This document shows, piece by piece, positions 49,655-60,101 of a stretch of DNA of 64,000 bases. Numbering within the stretch: the stretch's first letter is position 1; the number at the start of each line of letters is the position of its first letter. Origin of the DNA: Chamaesiphon sp. GTDB taxonomy: Bacteria > Cyanobacteriota > Cyanobacteriia > Cyanobacteriales > Chamaesiphonaceae. A program made the translations under genes and the position numbers. The stretch is taken from contig CBDFFH010000002.1 in NCBI GenBank assembly GCA_965246715.1, positions 256,001 to 320,000 of the forward strand, in the 5' to 3' direction. Under the pieces are notes generated by a model, which worked only from the letters and a program-made list of their open reading frames with translations, was not told the DNA's origin and searched no databases.

Positions 49655-52600
49655 TTAAGCTTTAAGGTTTAATTGCAGAACGAAATCGTTAAAGTCTCGA
49701 TCTCCACCACCAAAGAAATCCTCAAATGCATACTGCTTAGTGCCGTTAGCCAAGATACTAGATTGGACGTGTACGACTTTACTACCATCAGAATTAGTGT
49801 CAGGATTGGCATCGACAAAGTTGAAATAGGCATGTGGCTTATTACCAGCAGCGTTAGTGGGATTATTATTGATGAAGTCAGTAATATTCCCCTCCGCAAC
49901 CAGATAAGGTGCGAGTAATTGACCGCTAGCGAGTTGATAGCTGCCAATGCTCTCCGTTTTGGCAATAGTTACGACCGCGCGTTTTAGTGCCGCCGTAGCA
50001 TAACCAAGATCGCTCGGCTTATAGGCTTTCCCGCTTGCACTGTCGGTTACAGTCCCATTAGCATCATCGATCGTGTAGAAACCACCGTAATTAAAGTAGG
50101 CAGCATCGGCGGATACTTTAGAATCGATCGCGACCATACCAGTTTTCTCGCGGAGGTCGAGGTATTTTTCGGGATTGGTGAGAGCGGGAGCTACTGTAAA
50201 TTTCGCACTCAAGCTATTCGTCCCCGCGTTACCCGCAGGATCGACGATATTGGCTCCATCGACTGTCAGCTCGTAACTACCCAGAGCGGTAGTTAGTACG
50301 GCGAGTCCGTTAATCTGATATTTGGTATCGGATTGCTTGACGACAGTAACCGCACTGGTGATGAGGTTCGCACCGCCATCTTTTTTGAGCGAGATATCGT
50401 TGAAGTCGAAGGTACCAGCTTTGAGGGCTTCGGAGAATTCTACCACTACACCATCGATTGGTTTGGCGATCGAAATCCCTGGGAGATTGCTGAAAGCTTT
50501 CACTGCTGGCGGTACCGTATCCGTCGCCGCACTTTTAGCGTTGACTTCAAACTGACTGACGATCGCGGGAGTTTGGTTGGCGTATTTCGTCGGATCGGCT
50601 TCGATTTGGGCGCGGCTGTAAGCAGGTACCCCGTAAGTCGTCACGGTTAATTTCTGAGTGGTTTTGTCGATATTAAACTCAGTCCAGCCGTAGGTATTAG
50701 TCGCAACGTAATCGCCTTTGAGCAGTTTGGCATCGATTAAGCCATTGGCTTGCGTGAGGTTATTATCCAAACCAACCGGATCGTAGCCTAGCGGAGCTAA
50801 GCCACCGTTGACAATGCCTTTGATAAAGGCATCTTTACCCGCATCGGGTAGTCCATCGTATTGAGCTTTCTGCACGGGAGTCAGCAGTCCGACTGCAGAG
50901 GCTAATTCAGCGACGGTCGGCCCGAATGGTTTGTCATAGGCAATCGCACCCGTGATGATTTCAAACGCGCTAGTGGCGATTTGGGGGCCACCTGGAGCGG
51001 TTTGATAAGTGAGGTTGTTGACTAGGGTACCGTGGAAATCAGCGGCGACGAAGACGACGTTGTTAATTTTGTTGTCATTGATAAACTTGAGAATCTCCGT
51101 CCGCTCGGCAGCGTATCCTTCAAAGCGATCTTCGGCAGCGAGAATCCCGATATTTTCGATCGGTTCGGGCACCATGATAAACTTCCACGTCACGCCGTTA
51201 TTTTTGGCGTTGAGCAGGTCATTTTTCAGATCCTGAACTTGTTGCCGTCCCAGCATCGTCCGGCTGGTGTCGAAGGATTTAGCCAGGAATGCCCCGACTT
51301 GAGCGGTATCGCTGGTGTTGGTGACGGGTGCGAGTTCGGTATCGCGGAAAGAACGCGCGTCGAGGACGAAGGTAGCGGCATCGCTACCGAAGGTGTTGTA
51401 ACGGTAAATCTTGCGTTCGCCATTGGTGCGCGAATCGCTGGGTGTGTTGTAGACTTTATCCTGGATCGGATTGTACTCTTGGAACGCCTGTAAGCCGTTC
51501 TCGAACAACGCACTGTCGTTGATGAGCGCGTTGGGGTTGTCATTTGGGAATGCAGCTAAGAACCGATTCGCACCCTTCGCGCCACCGTTGTCACTACCGA
51601 TGGGCGCACCCCCTGCAAAGTCATTGGTAACTTCATGATCGTCATAGGTTGCGAAGATCGAAGTCGAGGCGCGGAGATCGGCAAAGCTATTTTTACCGAA
51701 GCGGGAGCCGTAGACTTCCGCATGTTTGATGCGGTAATCATCGAGGGTTGTGGCTTGCTGTTTTTCCGTACCGTCGGCATTGAGCAATGCTGGCGTGGCA
51801 ACATCTCCATAAATCGTATCGCCATGTTCGACAAAGAACTTGAGATTTGCCGTTGGAACGTTACTAATCGCCGAATAAGGAGCCAATTCGCCGCGCCAGT
51901 CGCCAGATACACCAAACTTAAGTCCGGTGAAGGTATTGAGCGGAGCCGCAGTACTGAATTTACCCACCAAGCTAGAACCGAGGGAATCGATCGCGCGGTA
52001 GTAATATTCGGTATTGGGATTTAAGCCAGTAACTTCGACTTTGACGGGTTGGAGCGAGTTGGTGGCTTGAACGGTTTTAGTCCCAGCGATCGTCGCAAAG
52101 TCCGCACTAGTCGAGTATTCAAACGTCACATCGCCCAAGTTCGCCGCCCGCGTCCACAGGACGGTAGAGTTTTGAGTGGTATCGCCAGAGGCTACTCCGT
52201 TGGGGAATGCCGCAGCGGTATCGAGACTCAGGGCGATAATTTGCGTGAACTGGGGTTGGTTGGTGGTGTTAGCAACTGCATCCGTGCTGCCAGTTTTATT
52301 GAAGTTATCATCGGCAACTAACACGATCGTGGGTTTGCCATTAACCGTCGGGCCAAAGGTAATCCCCTCGATGTTATCCAAGCCAGTGGGCAGTTTCAGG
52401 TCGTTGAGGTTCAGGAGCAACTGTTTTTGAACTGGCTTAATCTTCCCAAGGTCGGCACTAGAGAGTGCATTTAAGCTATCGATACCGCTGATATCCGTCG
52501 CACTACCGACGCTAATTTGGTAAATCTTGATGACGTTACCAGTTTCGGGAGTCAGCGGGGTATTTGCTGCCACCGATGAGAACGACCGCTCGATCGCCAG

Positions 52601-55600
52601 CATGTTACCGTTATTATCTAACGCTGTCAGGGCAACGAGTCCGGCAGTGGCAAAGTTATTGGTACCTGTCGTACTGACCGAAGGTGCAACTGCGGTCGGG
52701 TCGAGATTGTAGAGGTATTCAGCGGCGGCTTTGTTAGTATCGAGGTTGAATTTAATCAATCGCGATCGACCGACACCTGTAGGATTCTTCGGATCGGTAC
52801 CAGGGAAGCTCGTCCGTTGACCGTCCTGTGCTAGCGCGTTCTCGCCACCAGTCAATAAGGTCTTCTGGTCGGGAGTAACGGCGATGCTTTCAAACGCGAG
52901 GTTGTCGTAGACACCGCGAGTTTGGGACGCAGCCAAGTTAGAATCGGGCTGGAATTTTGCTGGAACTGGCAAGGAGCGGAGTAACTTCCCGTCTGTGAGG
53001 TTGAATTCATTGACGAAGGGGAAGGTGCGAATCTGCCCTGGCGCGTCTCCCTGCCCCTCAGAGGATATAAAAACGGTTCCGGCTTTAGTCAAACCGATAT
53101 CTTCGGTATCGGTGCCTTGAGGGAGATATTGGCTGCCATCGGCTTTCCGCAGATATGTGACACCTGTGAAGGCAACCTTGCTATTGTCTAACTTGCCAGC
53201 AGATAAGTCGATATTCAGTTTGTAGAAGCGAGTGGGTTGACCGGGTTCGTTGGCGTTGCTCTTGCGATCGTCCGAGATACTATAGAAGCTATTCGTCTTA
53301 GCATCGTAAGTAATCCCCGACAGACCGCCGACGGTAGTATCGACACCTGCGGCATCCTTGACCGTGACGGATTGAGCGGGATAGGTCGCTTGTCCGAGCA
53401 GCGTGAGTTTCGGTAGTGCGGGTTTGGTGGCGAAAATGTCTAGCGCCTTACCCTCGACGGTATTGGCTGGTTTGACACCCAGGAGTTTATCGATCGTCGG
53501 AGCGATGTCGATGTTATTGACCTGACCCAGATCCTTATTCGCGATATCGGGGCCAGCCGCGAGGAAGATCGCCTGCATCGCTGGCGATGTCGGGTCATAA
53601 CCGTGGGCACCGTAGAAGTTGGGTACCGACAGGACGGGAGTGGTGCTAGTCGTATCGCCTTTGCGGATGACTGGCGTACTTTGCGTACCGTCGAAGTTAT
53701 AACCCTCTTTGAGTAAGGCGAATACGTCTCCTGTATCTTCACCGATGAAGTTGCCCCGCGCATTGATGATGTCATTGGCAGTTGGGTTGGCTGGAACTAC
53801 GCGGTTATAGACCTTATCGAAGATCTTGGTGCTAGTGGTGCCCCCCGCTTGGTAGTTGGGGTTGGCATCGGCATAACCATTTAAGATGTCGATGACCTGT
53901 TTCTGCAACGCTGCATAATCTTTAGGATCGACGGTACCGTTGGGTTCGCGACCTTTGACGTTGATGTAGATATTCGTCGCGGGACCGCTAGTGACGGCGC
54001 GTACTTTAGTCGCGTCTATACCAGCACTCGTAAGCAGATTATTCAAACTCACCGCCGTGTGGAAGGGTGCGAACCCGTGGTCGGAGGTGACGATGATGTT
54101 ACTGTTGGGCTTGCCGTTGGCATCGACACCGACAGTATCGATGATTTTTTGGACGGCGGCATCGGCAGCTTTGTAAGCGGCTTCGATGTAGCTCTTGTAC
54201 CGTGCGACTTTAGCGGCATCTTGACCTGCGCCGATCGAGTTGGGATTGGTAAAGTCGCTAGCTTGGCGGGGGTCGGTTAGCAAGAATTGGTGTTCGGAAC
54301 CGTCGGGTTGCTCGATGTAGGTCATTACCAAGTCAGCATTGGGGTTTTGCTGGATGGAACGGACGGCAACTTTGGTTTGATACTCTACAAATGACTTGAC
54401 CTGGTCTGCATACAGTGCTTCCAATTCGACATCGCTAAAGTTGGTAAGTCCGGTATTGAGCCGTTCGGGGAAGCGGAAGTCTGCTTGAGGTGCCCAGTTA
54501 CCGATACTGGTATTGATGTCGTCAACATTGGCGATAACCCCAGGACTCTCGGCAGGACGGGGGATATAGTAAGCCGAGTAGCGAGCCAGATTGACTTTAG
54601 ATAAATCTGCTGCCAGGGTCGCACCAAAGAACGCTGTCCCTACCTTATTATTACTACCGTCGAAGAAGAATGAACTGGATTTTTGGTCGCTGACTTTGAT
54701 AAATGCCGAGCCAGTTGAGGGCAACGTCGCAGCCCCTTTAATCCCGACATTGGCATCGAACACGACTAATGTGTCGTAGTTAACCTTGCTATCATCAGTG
54801 GTATCGATCGCGGCTACTTGAAGGTTGTAAGCAGGATTACCGCCCGTCAAGGCTGTAGCTGTCAGCGATTCTAAATTAGCAACCTTGATATCACCATAGA
54901 ATTTTTTACCCAGCGCAGTCAACCCAGTCACAGCTTGAGTTTTATCAACTATAAAGTCCACCGCAGTCAAGCTAAAGCCGCGACCGCCGGAACCGCCAGT
55001 AAAGAATGGCCCGCCAAAAGCTCCAAAGGGTACGGTATAATCGACCGTGCGATCGGCTGCCTTATCTAAAACGATCGGGCTGCCATTCGAGGTTTTGACA
55101 GCAGCAGTGATATTTACCCCGTCCGCACCAGGAAAGGTAGCCGAAACGACAGTTTTACCCGCTTTTTCGAGGTTCAACCAGATCGGGTTAGCAGTTGGAG
55201 TGTTGCTTTCCGATGGGTCGATGCCTGATTGATAAGTATAACCACCGATCGGTGCGGCAAAACCGCTGGTATTAGTGGTAAATGGGTTGGCGACGATGTG
55301 GAAACTATTTGAATTGATGTCGTTGTTTACCGCACTAGAACCAGTGGCGATCGCGATGTGCGAGGGTGCGGTCAAAGATGGTGTAATCGTCTGGTTGCCA
55401 GCAGCAATTACCCCTTTGCTAGCCAATAATCCCAACCCTTTGGTGGGGTCGAGTACGCCATTTTTCAGGTATTCCTTGAGGATCGTATTCGTCGCCCCAT
55501 CGAGGGAGATCAAGACCGTCTTCGGTTTGCCAGCCGCTACGGTAGAAATCGGTGTAGTTAAAGCTGGCAGAATCGTATCTTCTTTCTTGACTTGGAGATT

Positions 55601-57529
55601 TTGGATGCGTTGGTCTTGAGTCGCAGGGGTGTCAGCGACACTAAAAGCGCGCTGTGGCGTGGGATATGTCGCCTTGAGGTAGTCTTGAAAGGCTTTTTGT
55701 TCGCCGATCGCATTTGCAGGCAAACTAGTCGCTGCGGTGAAGTCTAGAGTCGGATCGATCGCTGCAGAAAGCGTACCGTTATCGAGAATGTAGCGGAAGT
55801 TGGTGGCATTTGCCTTAATCGGATAGCCGTCCCCACCGTTAGCAGTGAAGTTCAGTACCGAAACGGCGATTTTTGCTGGTGCATCTGGCAATAACACCCC
55901 ATTGTCGGCAACCTTGGCGACAAGCTTACCATTCAAATCGTAGATGGCAACATCCTGTACCTTCTTATCTGCTGCCTTGGATGGGTCGTAGGAGAAGCGG
56001 ACACCACCGATTTGAGCGTAGCCACCGTTCCCCGGAGCTAAACCAGCGGCATAGTTGAGGATATTCAGCAACCCTTGGGGAGTCGTATCGAATACCATCA
56101 GTTTGTTATCAAACCGCAGCGCATTTTCAATGTCAAGCTGGGAGATCGCACCGACAGTCTTCACACCAGTGGCAGTCGGCGGTAATTTCTCACCCTTTTC
56201 ACCGATCGATCCGATCGACGATCGTAAGCCCCCACCGTTTTTGAGCGAAGCAAGGACGGCATCGGCTCCGAGTGCCTTGCGCGCCACGAATAGGTTAGCA
56301 TCGGCGGAAATATCGCCGAGGTTGACTTCCTCCGCCCGCCCGAACGCCCGATCGCCTTCGAGATAGACATTGGTATAACCGAAAATATTACTATCTTTGG
56401 TCGAGATGACCGTATCGATCGCTTTGGTAATCGCACTCACCTGAGTACCGATCGTACTACCTGCGACGATCTGATTGGCGGTCTGCGTCGTACCATACGC
56501 TGCTTGCAGACTAGCCTCATTAGCGGCGTAGGCACCATTAATCACTGGGTTGAGGTTGGGTAAGACGATGTCACCATTCTCATCGAAATCTACGACTAGG
56601 CGACCGAGATATGTATATTCTGTATCGGTGGTAACGATTAGTATGGGCTTGCCATCCGCGCCAGCAGTAACGATCGGATACGTCCCAACAAAATCTGCAT
56701 TATGACCGTTAAAAGCAACGGCTTTGTCTGTGGCATCACCCAGGCGTTCGTGCCCGCCACCAGCAATCATCACGTCGATGCCAGAAACCAAGGGTGCTAA
56801 TTGCTTGTTGCGCTCGATCGTATCGAGCTGATCTACCATCACGATTTTGTTGCTCCCTGCTGCTTTGAGCGCGTTGACCGCTGCCTGGATGTAGACCGCC
56901 ACCTCTTGGAGATCGCTAGTTGCTGGGTTGGCATCATCCTTGGGCACGGTACCATTCGGCGAACTCTTGCTCAACAAATCATACGTTGTGAGACCGACAA
57001 TCCCGATTTTCTCGCTACCTTGGGTGACTACTGTATAAGGTGCGATCTTGCCTTTGATGGTCGAGGCTTCTTTGCCAGCAAAGCTATTCGTGGGCGTACC
57101 CCCGATCGTGCCATCGGCAAGTCCACGCAAAGAGCTGTCAGCGGTGAAATCCAGATTTGCAGTAATGAAGGGAAACTGTGCGCCGCTCCAAGTACCCGAG
57201 GGAGCGATCGCTCCCTGGAGTACTGCCGATCCCAGGTCGAATTCATGGTTGCCCAATGCCGAGGCATCGGTGCCGAAGGCATTCATAATCGCAATATCTG
57301 GGCGACCGAGTGCCGTCGCACCGATACCTGCCACCCCGTTCAAGGCGGGATCGGCACCACCAATCAACCACGGGCCAGGGATGTAGCTGTCGCCTTCGGC
57401 AAGCACCAAGGTATTGGCGTACTGGTCGTCGAACTTATCGATTAATGCACCCATAATCGGTGCGGTGAGGACTCCGAGCAGGCCACTCTCACCATAGTAA
57501 TGCAGTAGTTGGAGGGTGTAATTTGCCAT
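49655..57529 (-). CDS. Giant multidomain phosphatase: 5'-nucleotidase + alkaline phosphatase/NPP + phytase-like + PhoD + Ig-like + DUF4114-like tail
   Basis: GNHEFD/NGGGLR/GGDGY; LISLDG, TAPSH, SDHG, HGY; GGLSGI, ISDD, NIEG, VADDNF; GVASGD, WTR, GDTIY, DDHEVTND; FEDFFGGGDRDFND. Confidence 0.85.
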   Translation of the reverse strand: MANYTLQLLHYYGESGLLGVLTAPIMGALIDKFDDQYANTLVLAEGDSYIPGPWLIGGADPALNGVAGIGATALGRPDIAIMNAFGTDASALGNHEFDLGSAVLQGAIAPSGTWSGAQFPFITANLDFTADSSLRGLADGTIGGTPTNSFAGKEASTIKGKIAPYTVVTQGSEKIGIVGLTTYDLLSKSSPNGTVPKDDANPATSDLQEVAVYIQAAVNALKAAGSNKIVMVDQLDTIERNKQLAPLVSGIDVMIAGGGHERLGDATDKAVAFNGHNADFVGTYPIVTAGADGKPILIVTTDTEYTYLGRLVVDFDENGDIVLPNLNPVINGAYAANEASLQAAYGTTQTANQIVAGSTIGTQVSAITKAIDTVISTKDSNIFGYTNVYLEGDRAFGRAEEVNLGDISADANLFVARKALGADAVLASLKNGGGLRSSIGSIGEKGEKLPPTATGVKTVGAISQLDIENALRFDNKLMVFDTTPQGLLNILNYAAGLAPGNGGYAQIGGVRFSYDPSKAADKKVQDVAIYDLNGKLVAKVADNGVLLPDAPAKIAVSVLNFTANGGDGYPIKANATNFRYILDNGTLSAAIDPTLDFTAATSLPANAIGEQKAFQDYLKATYPTPQRAFSVADTPATQDQRIQNLQVKKEDTILPALTTPISTVAAGKPKTVLISLDGATNTILKEYLKNGVLDPTKGLGLLASKGVIAAGNQTITPSLTAPSHIAIATGSSAVNNDINSNSFHIVANPFTTNTSGFAAPIGGYTYQSGIDPSESNTPTANPIWLNLEKAGKTVVSATFPGADGVNITAAVKTSNGSPIVLDKAADRTVDYTVPFGAFGGPFFTGGSGGRGFSLTAVDFIVDKTQAVTGLTALGKKFYGDIKVANLESLTATALTGGNPAYNLQVAAIDTTDDSKVNYDTLVVFDANVGIKGAATLPSTGSAFIKVSDQKSSSFFFDGSNNKVGTAFFGATLAADLSKVNLARYSAYYIPRPAESPGVIANVDDINTSIGNWAPQADFRFPERLNTGLTNFSDVELEALYADQVKSFVEYQTKVAVRSIQQNPNADLVMTYIEQPDGSEHQFLLTDPRQASDFTNPNSIGAGQDAAKVARYKSYIEAAYKAADAAVQKIIDTVGVDANGKPNSNIIVTSDHGFAPFHTAVSLNNLLTSAGIDATKVRAVTSGPATNIYINVKGREPNGTVDPKDYAALQKQVIDILNGYADANPNYQAGGTTSTKIFDKVYNRVVPANPTANDIINARGNFIGEDTGDVFALLKEGYNFDGTQSTPVIRKGDTTSTTPVLSVPNFYGAHGYDPTSPAMQAIFLAAGPDIANKDLGQVNNIDIAPTIDKLLGVKPANTVEGKALDIFATKPALPKLTLLGQATYPAQSVTVKDAAGVDTTVGGLSGITYDAKTNSFYSISDDRKSNANEPGQPTRFYKLNIDLSAGKLDNSKVAFTGVTYLRKADGSQYLPQGTDTEDIGLTKAGTVFISSEGQGDAPGQIRTFPFVNEFNLTDGKLLRSLPVPAKFQPDSNLAASQTRGVYDNLAFESIAVTPDQKTLLTGGENALAQDGQRTSFPGTDPKNPTGVGRSRLIKFNLDTNKAAAEYLYNLDPTAVAPSVSTTGTNNFATAGLVALTALDNNGNMLAIERSFSSVAANTPLTPETGNVIKIYQISVGSATDISGIDSLNALSSADLGKIKPVQKQLLLNLNDLKLPTGLDNIEGITFGPTVNGKPTIVLVADDNFNKTGSTDAVANTTNQPQFTQIIALSLDTAAAFPNGVASGDTTQNSTVLWTRAANLGDVTFEYSTSADFATIAGTKTVQATNSLQPVKVEVTGLNPNTEYYYRAIDSLGSSLVGKFSTAAPLNTFTGLKFGVSGDWRGELAPYSAISNVPTANLKFFVEHGDTIYGDVATPALLNADGTEKQQATTLDDYRIKHAEVYGSRFGKNSFADLRASTSIFATYDDHEVTNDFAGGAPIGSDNGGAKGANRFLAAFPNDNPNALINDSALFENGLQAFQEYNPIQDKVYNTPSDSRTNGERKIYRYNTFGSDAATFVLDARSFRDTELAPVTNTSDTAQVGAFLAKSFDTSRTMLGRQQVQDLKNDLLNAKNNGVTWKFIMVPEPIENIGILAAEDRFEGYAAERTEILKFINDNKINNVVFVAADFHGTLVNNLTYQTAPGGPQIATSAFEIITGAIAYDKPFGPTVAELASAVGLLTPVQKAQYDGLPDAGKDAFIKGIVNGGLAPLGYDPVGLDNNLTQANGLIDAKLLKGDYVATNTYGWTEFNIDKTTQKLTVTTYGVPAYSRAQIEADPTKYANQTPAIVSQFEVNAKSAATDTVPPAVKAFSNLPGISIAKPIDGVVVEFSEALKAGTFDFNDISLKKDGGANLITSAVTVVKQSDTKYQINGLAVLTTALGSYELTVDGANIVDPAGNAGTNSLSAKFTVAPALTNPEKYLDLREKTGMVAIDSKVSADAAYFNYGGFYTIDDANGTVTDSASGKAYKPSDLGYATAALKRAVVTIAKTESIGSYQLASGQLLAPYLVAEGNITDFINNNPTNAAGNKPHAYFNFVDANPDTNSDGSKVVHVQSSILANGTKQYAFEDFFGGGDRDFNDFVLQLNLKA

Positions 57530-57892
57530 AATGTTAGTCCTTACGAAGTTACGGTGATAAATACAGAGAACTTGAGGCTAGAGCAAAGAGTAGAGCATCG
57601 CGACGATCGCTCGAGTCATCCAGATTTACCCGGATTCAGATCTAATTTGTAGAGATACCTCGATCGTCGATCGAGGTATCAGCAATGAAAATATTGGTGC
57701 TTGAAAATAATAGTTCGATCGACAACCGACCCTGGATTAGAGCGCCTGTGACAATCTTGGTGAATTCGATCGATCTGCAGGATAAAACGGCATTATGCCT
57801 AAATAGTTCGATCGAGTAGTTTCATCACAAATATCTAGAAATATAATTAGCTGTATTAAAATTTACATTACCCAAAAAGTCGCTCACAGCAA

Positions 57893-57936
57893 AGAATACC
57901 AGGATTAAGTTAAATCATGGTTATGAAGGAGTTAAT
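57893..57936 (-). promoter_or_regulatory. Pho box (SphR/PhoB site) with -10-like element
   Basis: Minus strand ATTAACTC-N3-CATAACCA-N3-TTTAACTT with 11-bp period, then TG-G-TATTCT; upstream of the phosphatase gene. Confidence 0.7.
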
Positions 57937-58006
57937 GGATTATCGCGATGATGTTTGCGCGATCGATTGTGATTTCGCGACAATTTCCAGCCGTGAATTT
58001 TAGCAG

Positions 58007-59284
58007 TTATTTAGCAATTTGTAGGGCATCGCGTGCTGACAATCCTTCGCTATCCGTACCAAAATACCAAATCGAGATCGCGACTTCCCCCAAATTGACC
58101 GTCTTTTTCGGTTGAAATAAAGTTGTATATCCAAATGCCCGCCGAATATTCGATCGATCGCCATTTTGAAAATCAGCTAACACTGCCCGTAAAGCTTTCG
58201 GATCGATTTTCCCCGCATCCTGAAATCCCCACGTCTGTTTGACTGCCTCTAAAGAAGCTGCTGGCAAGGATTGACGGGTATCGAGTGGGACTTTCCACAA
58301 CATCATCTGTTCGCGCGTCAATGGGGCCTCGGGGCGAAATAGCACAGTTGTAACATCGCCACTAAGCGGACTGGGAATCAGTCCCGCCTCAGCGAGTCCC
58401 TGAATGCTAGCAAAATCAGGATGATTGGCAGGGACATCTTGAAAAACAGGTTTGGCATCGCCAGCAGCTAATTTAATCTGTTGGGTCGGTTTGGTACTAT
58501 TGATGCGATTGTATGCTGCTAACAACCAGCGGGCATAGGCTCGTCGTAAAACGACCCGCTCGCTTGCCGGAGCTTTATTTGCAGCCGTCGTATCCGCACT
58601 AGTTAGTACGCCAAGTTGAGTCAAATCTCGCAAATAGTCGGCTGTGGCGACCGGTGGTGCAATGGTAGATTTGGTGGCGGGGAGTGAGGATGTTGTTGGG
58701 CTTGGCGACGTACTAGGGCTTGCCGTTACGGTGGGGGTGGGACTAGTGGTACCGCTCGGACTGGGAGTTGGCGTGCTTGTTGACTCACCAGTCGCGCCTA
58801 CTAGCACGATCGTATATACCGTTCCCGATTGTTGTTTCTCTGTAGCGGTTTGCGGCGCGATGGTCACAGTGGTTTGCCCTTGCTTGGCAACTAATTGTGG
58901 TTCGCTATCGCTGGGCTGCGTGACGATTGCCCATTGCTTGGCGGGGAGCTGTTGCTGATAAAATTTATAGACAACATCGATCGGATCTGAAGTCGTCCAG
59001 GTTGTAACTAGTCCCTTTTCTGGGGTCTGTTCTGTCGATTGAAGTTTGGCTTGGGGATATATTGGAAAATCGGCTGGTAAATTGCTGCTTGATTTAGCGG
59101 CATTATCGGTAGCGGTGGTGTTGTTCGGATTTGGTTGAGTTAATTTCGGGTCTGGAGCAAAGGGATTTTGAAGAGATTTATTACCACTACATCCAGCGAC
59201 AAGTAAGATCGAACCAATAACGATCGATCGCCGCACGATCGTCAGAAAAATTTGTAATTGCCAATCGAGCCGGAAACATGACAC
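58007..59284 (-). CDS. S-layer homology domain lipoprotein
   Basis: Lipobox LVAGC, Pro/Ser/Thr linker, FQDVPANHPDF..IQGLAEAGLI, FRPEAPLTRE. Confidence 0.8.
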   Translation of the reverse strand: MSCFRLDWQLQIFLTIVRRSIVIGSILLVAGCSGNKSLQNPFAPDPKLTQPNPNNTTATDNAAKSSSNLPADFPIYPQAKLQSTEQTPEKGLVTTWTTSDPIDVVYKFYQQQLPAKQWAIVTQPSDSEPQLVAKQGQTTVTIAPQTATEKQQSGTVYTIVLVGATGESTSTPTPSPSGTTSPTPTVTASPSTSPSPTTSSLPATKSTIAPPVATADYLRDLTQLGVLTSADTTAANKAPASERVVLRRAYARWLLAAYNRINSTKPTQQIKLAAGDAKPVFQDVPANHPDFASIQGLAEAGLIPSPLSGDVTTVLFRPEAPLTREQMMLWKVPLDTRQSLPAASLEAVKQTWGFQDAGKIDPKALRAVLADFQNGDRSNIRRAFGYTTLFQPKKTVNLGEVAISIWYFGTDSEGLSARDALQIAK

Positions 59285-59574
59285 AAATAATGAGGATATA
59301 GAGCTAGTACGAACTATTCACCACTGACGCACTCGCATGCAAAACCCATACCAAAAATTGCTAGTTCTGCGATCGTCCATTCCTTAATCTGCACAGAAGT
59401 CTTAACTCTCTCAATCCAGTCTTTTAATTCGCAATCGAGTCTAACAGCGCAGTTGTCTCGGTCTGGGTGTCAAGCTTCACCATGATTATATCAAATTTTA
59501 GATTTTTTATTACCGATCTCATCCATCAGGGCTAAGCAATTCTCTAATTTTAGGGGTGGCTCTGTAGGGCTGAC

Positions 59575-59645
59575 TTGACGTACTCGCGGCCTGGGTGGAT
59601 GGACGAAGACAGCGAACGTTTCGCCGTTCGCTGTCTTCATGTCAA
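59575..59645. other. Perfect 14-bp hairpin flanked by TTGAC/GTCAA, possible IS200/IS605 end remnant
   Basis: GAAGACAGCGAACG-tttcgc-CGTTCGCTGTCTTC; TTGACGTACTC on the left and TGTCAA on the right. Confidence 0.35.
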
Positions 59646-59648
59646 ACG

Positions 59649-59783
59649 TCAGATTTTAGCTTGGAGGGATCTAATAAACTCTCTAATGATATCGGTTTTG
59701 GTTCTCTCCGTTTTGTCAGCAAAAGCTTCGAGAATTCTGAGTTCTTGCTCGGGAATCTTAACATTTAACTGTTTTAAAGACAT
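59649..59783 (-). CDS. Small ribbon-helix-helix (CopG-like) protein, 44 aa, missed by the ORF track
   Basis: Manual translation MSLKQLNVKIPEQELRILEAFADKTERTKTDIIREFIRSLQAKI; alternating beta strand followed by two helices. Confidence 0.75.
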   Translation of the reverse strand: MSLKQLNVKIPEQELRILEAFADKTERTKTDIIREFIRSLQAKI

Positions 59784-60101
59784 AGTGCGTGTGTTTCCTG
59801 GAATGATATACTGTGTTGGCTGATTCATGGTTTGTGGATCTATTTATACTGACAGGGTGGTTTAGAAAGGGTGACACAAAAGATAAGTTGTCAGTTTATT
59901 TTTTGCCACATTAAAATTAGCGCGAGTGCCGAGATCTGATTGCAACTAGGTTGCAAATGAGATGCTTAGCGATCGCAAAATCGATCGATAGAGCTGTTGC
60001 GAAACAGACAACAAATACTCAGACTTACTCATCTCCATCTTGAATAGCAGTTAAGCGAACGGTCGATCGACTGCTATTCAACATCTTCGGATCGCCTAAA
60101 T

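Noticed and set aside
49669..57445. Many short ORFs overlapping the giant phosphatase
   Set aside because: Alternative-frame or antisense shadows of a GC-richer long gene.
59553..59652. HDV-like or hammerhead ribozyme
   Set aside because: Could not build the required P1/P1.1 pairings or find CUGANGA/GAAA cores.
59575..59823. 82-aa plus-strand ORF
   Set aside because: Antisense to the more convincing RHH gene and runs through a hairpin.
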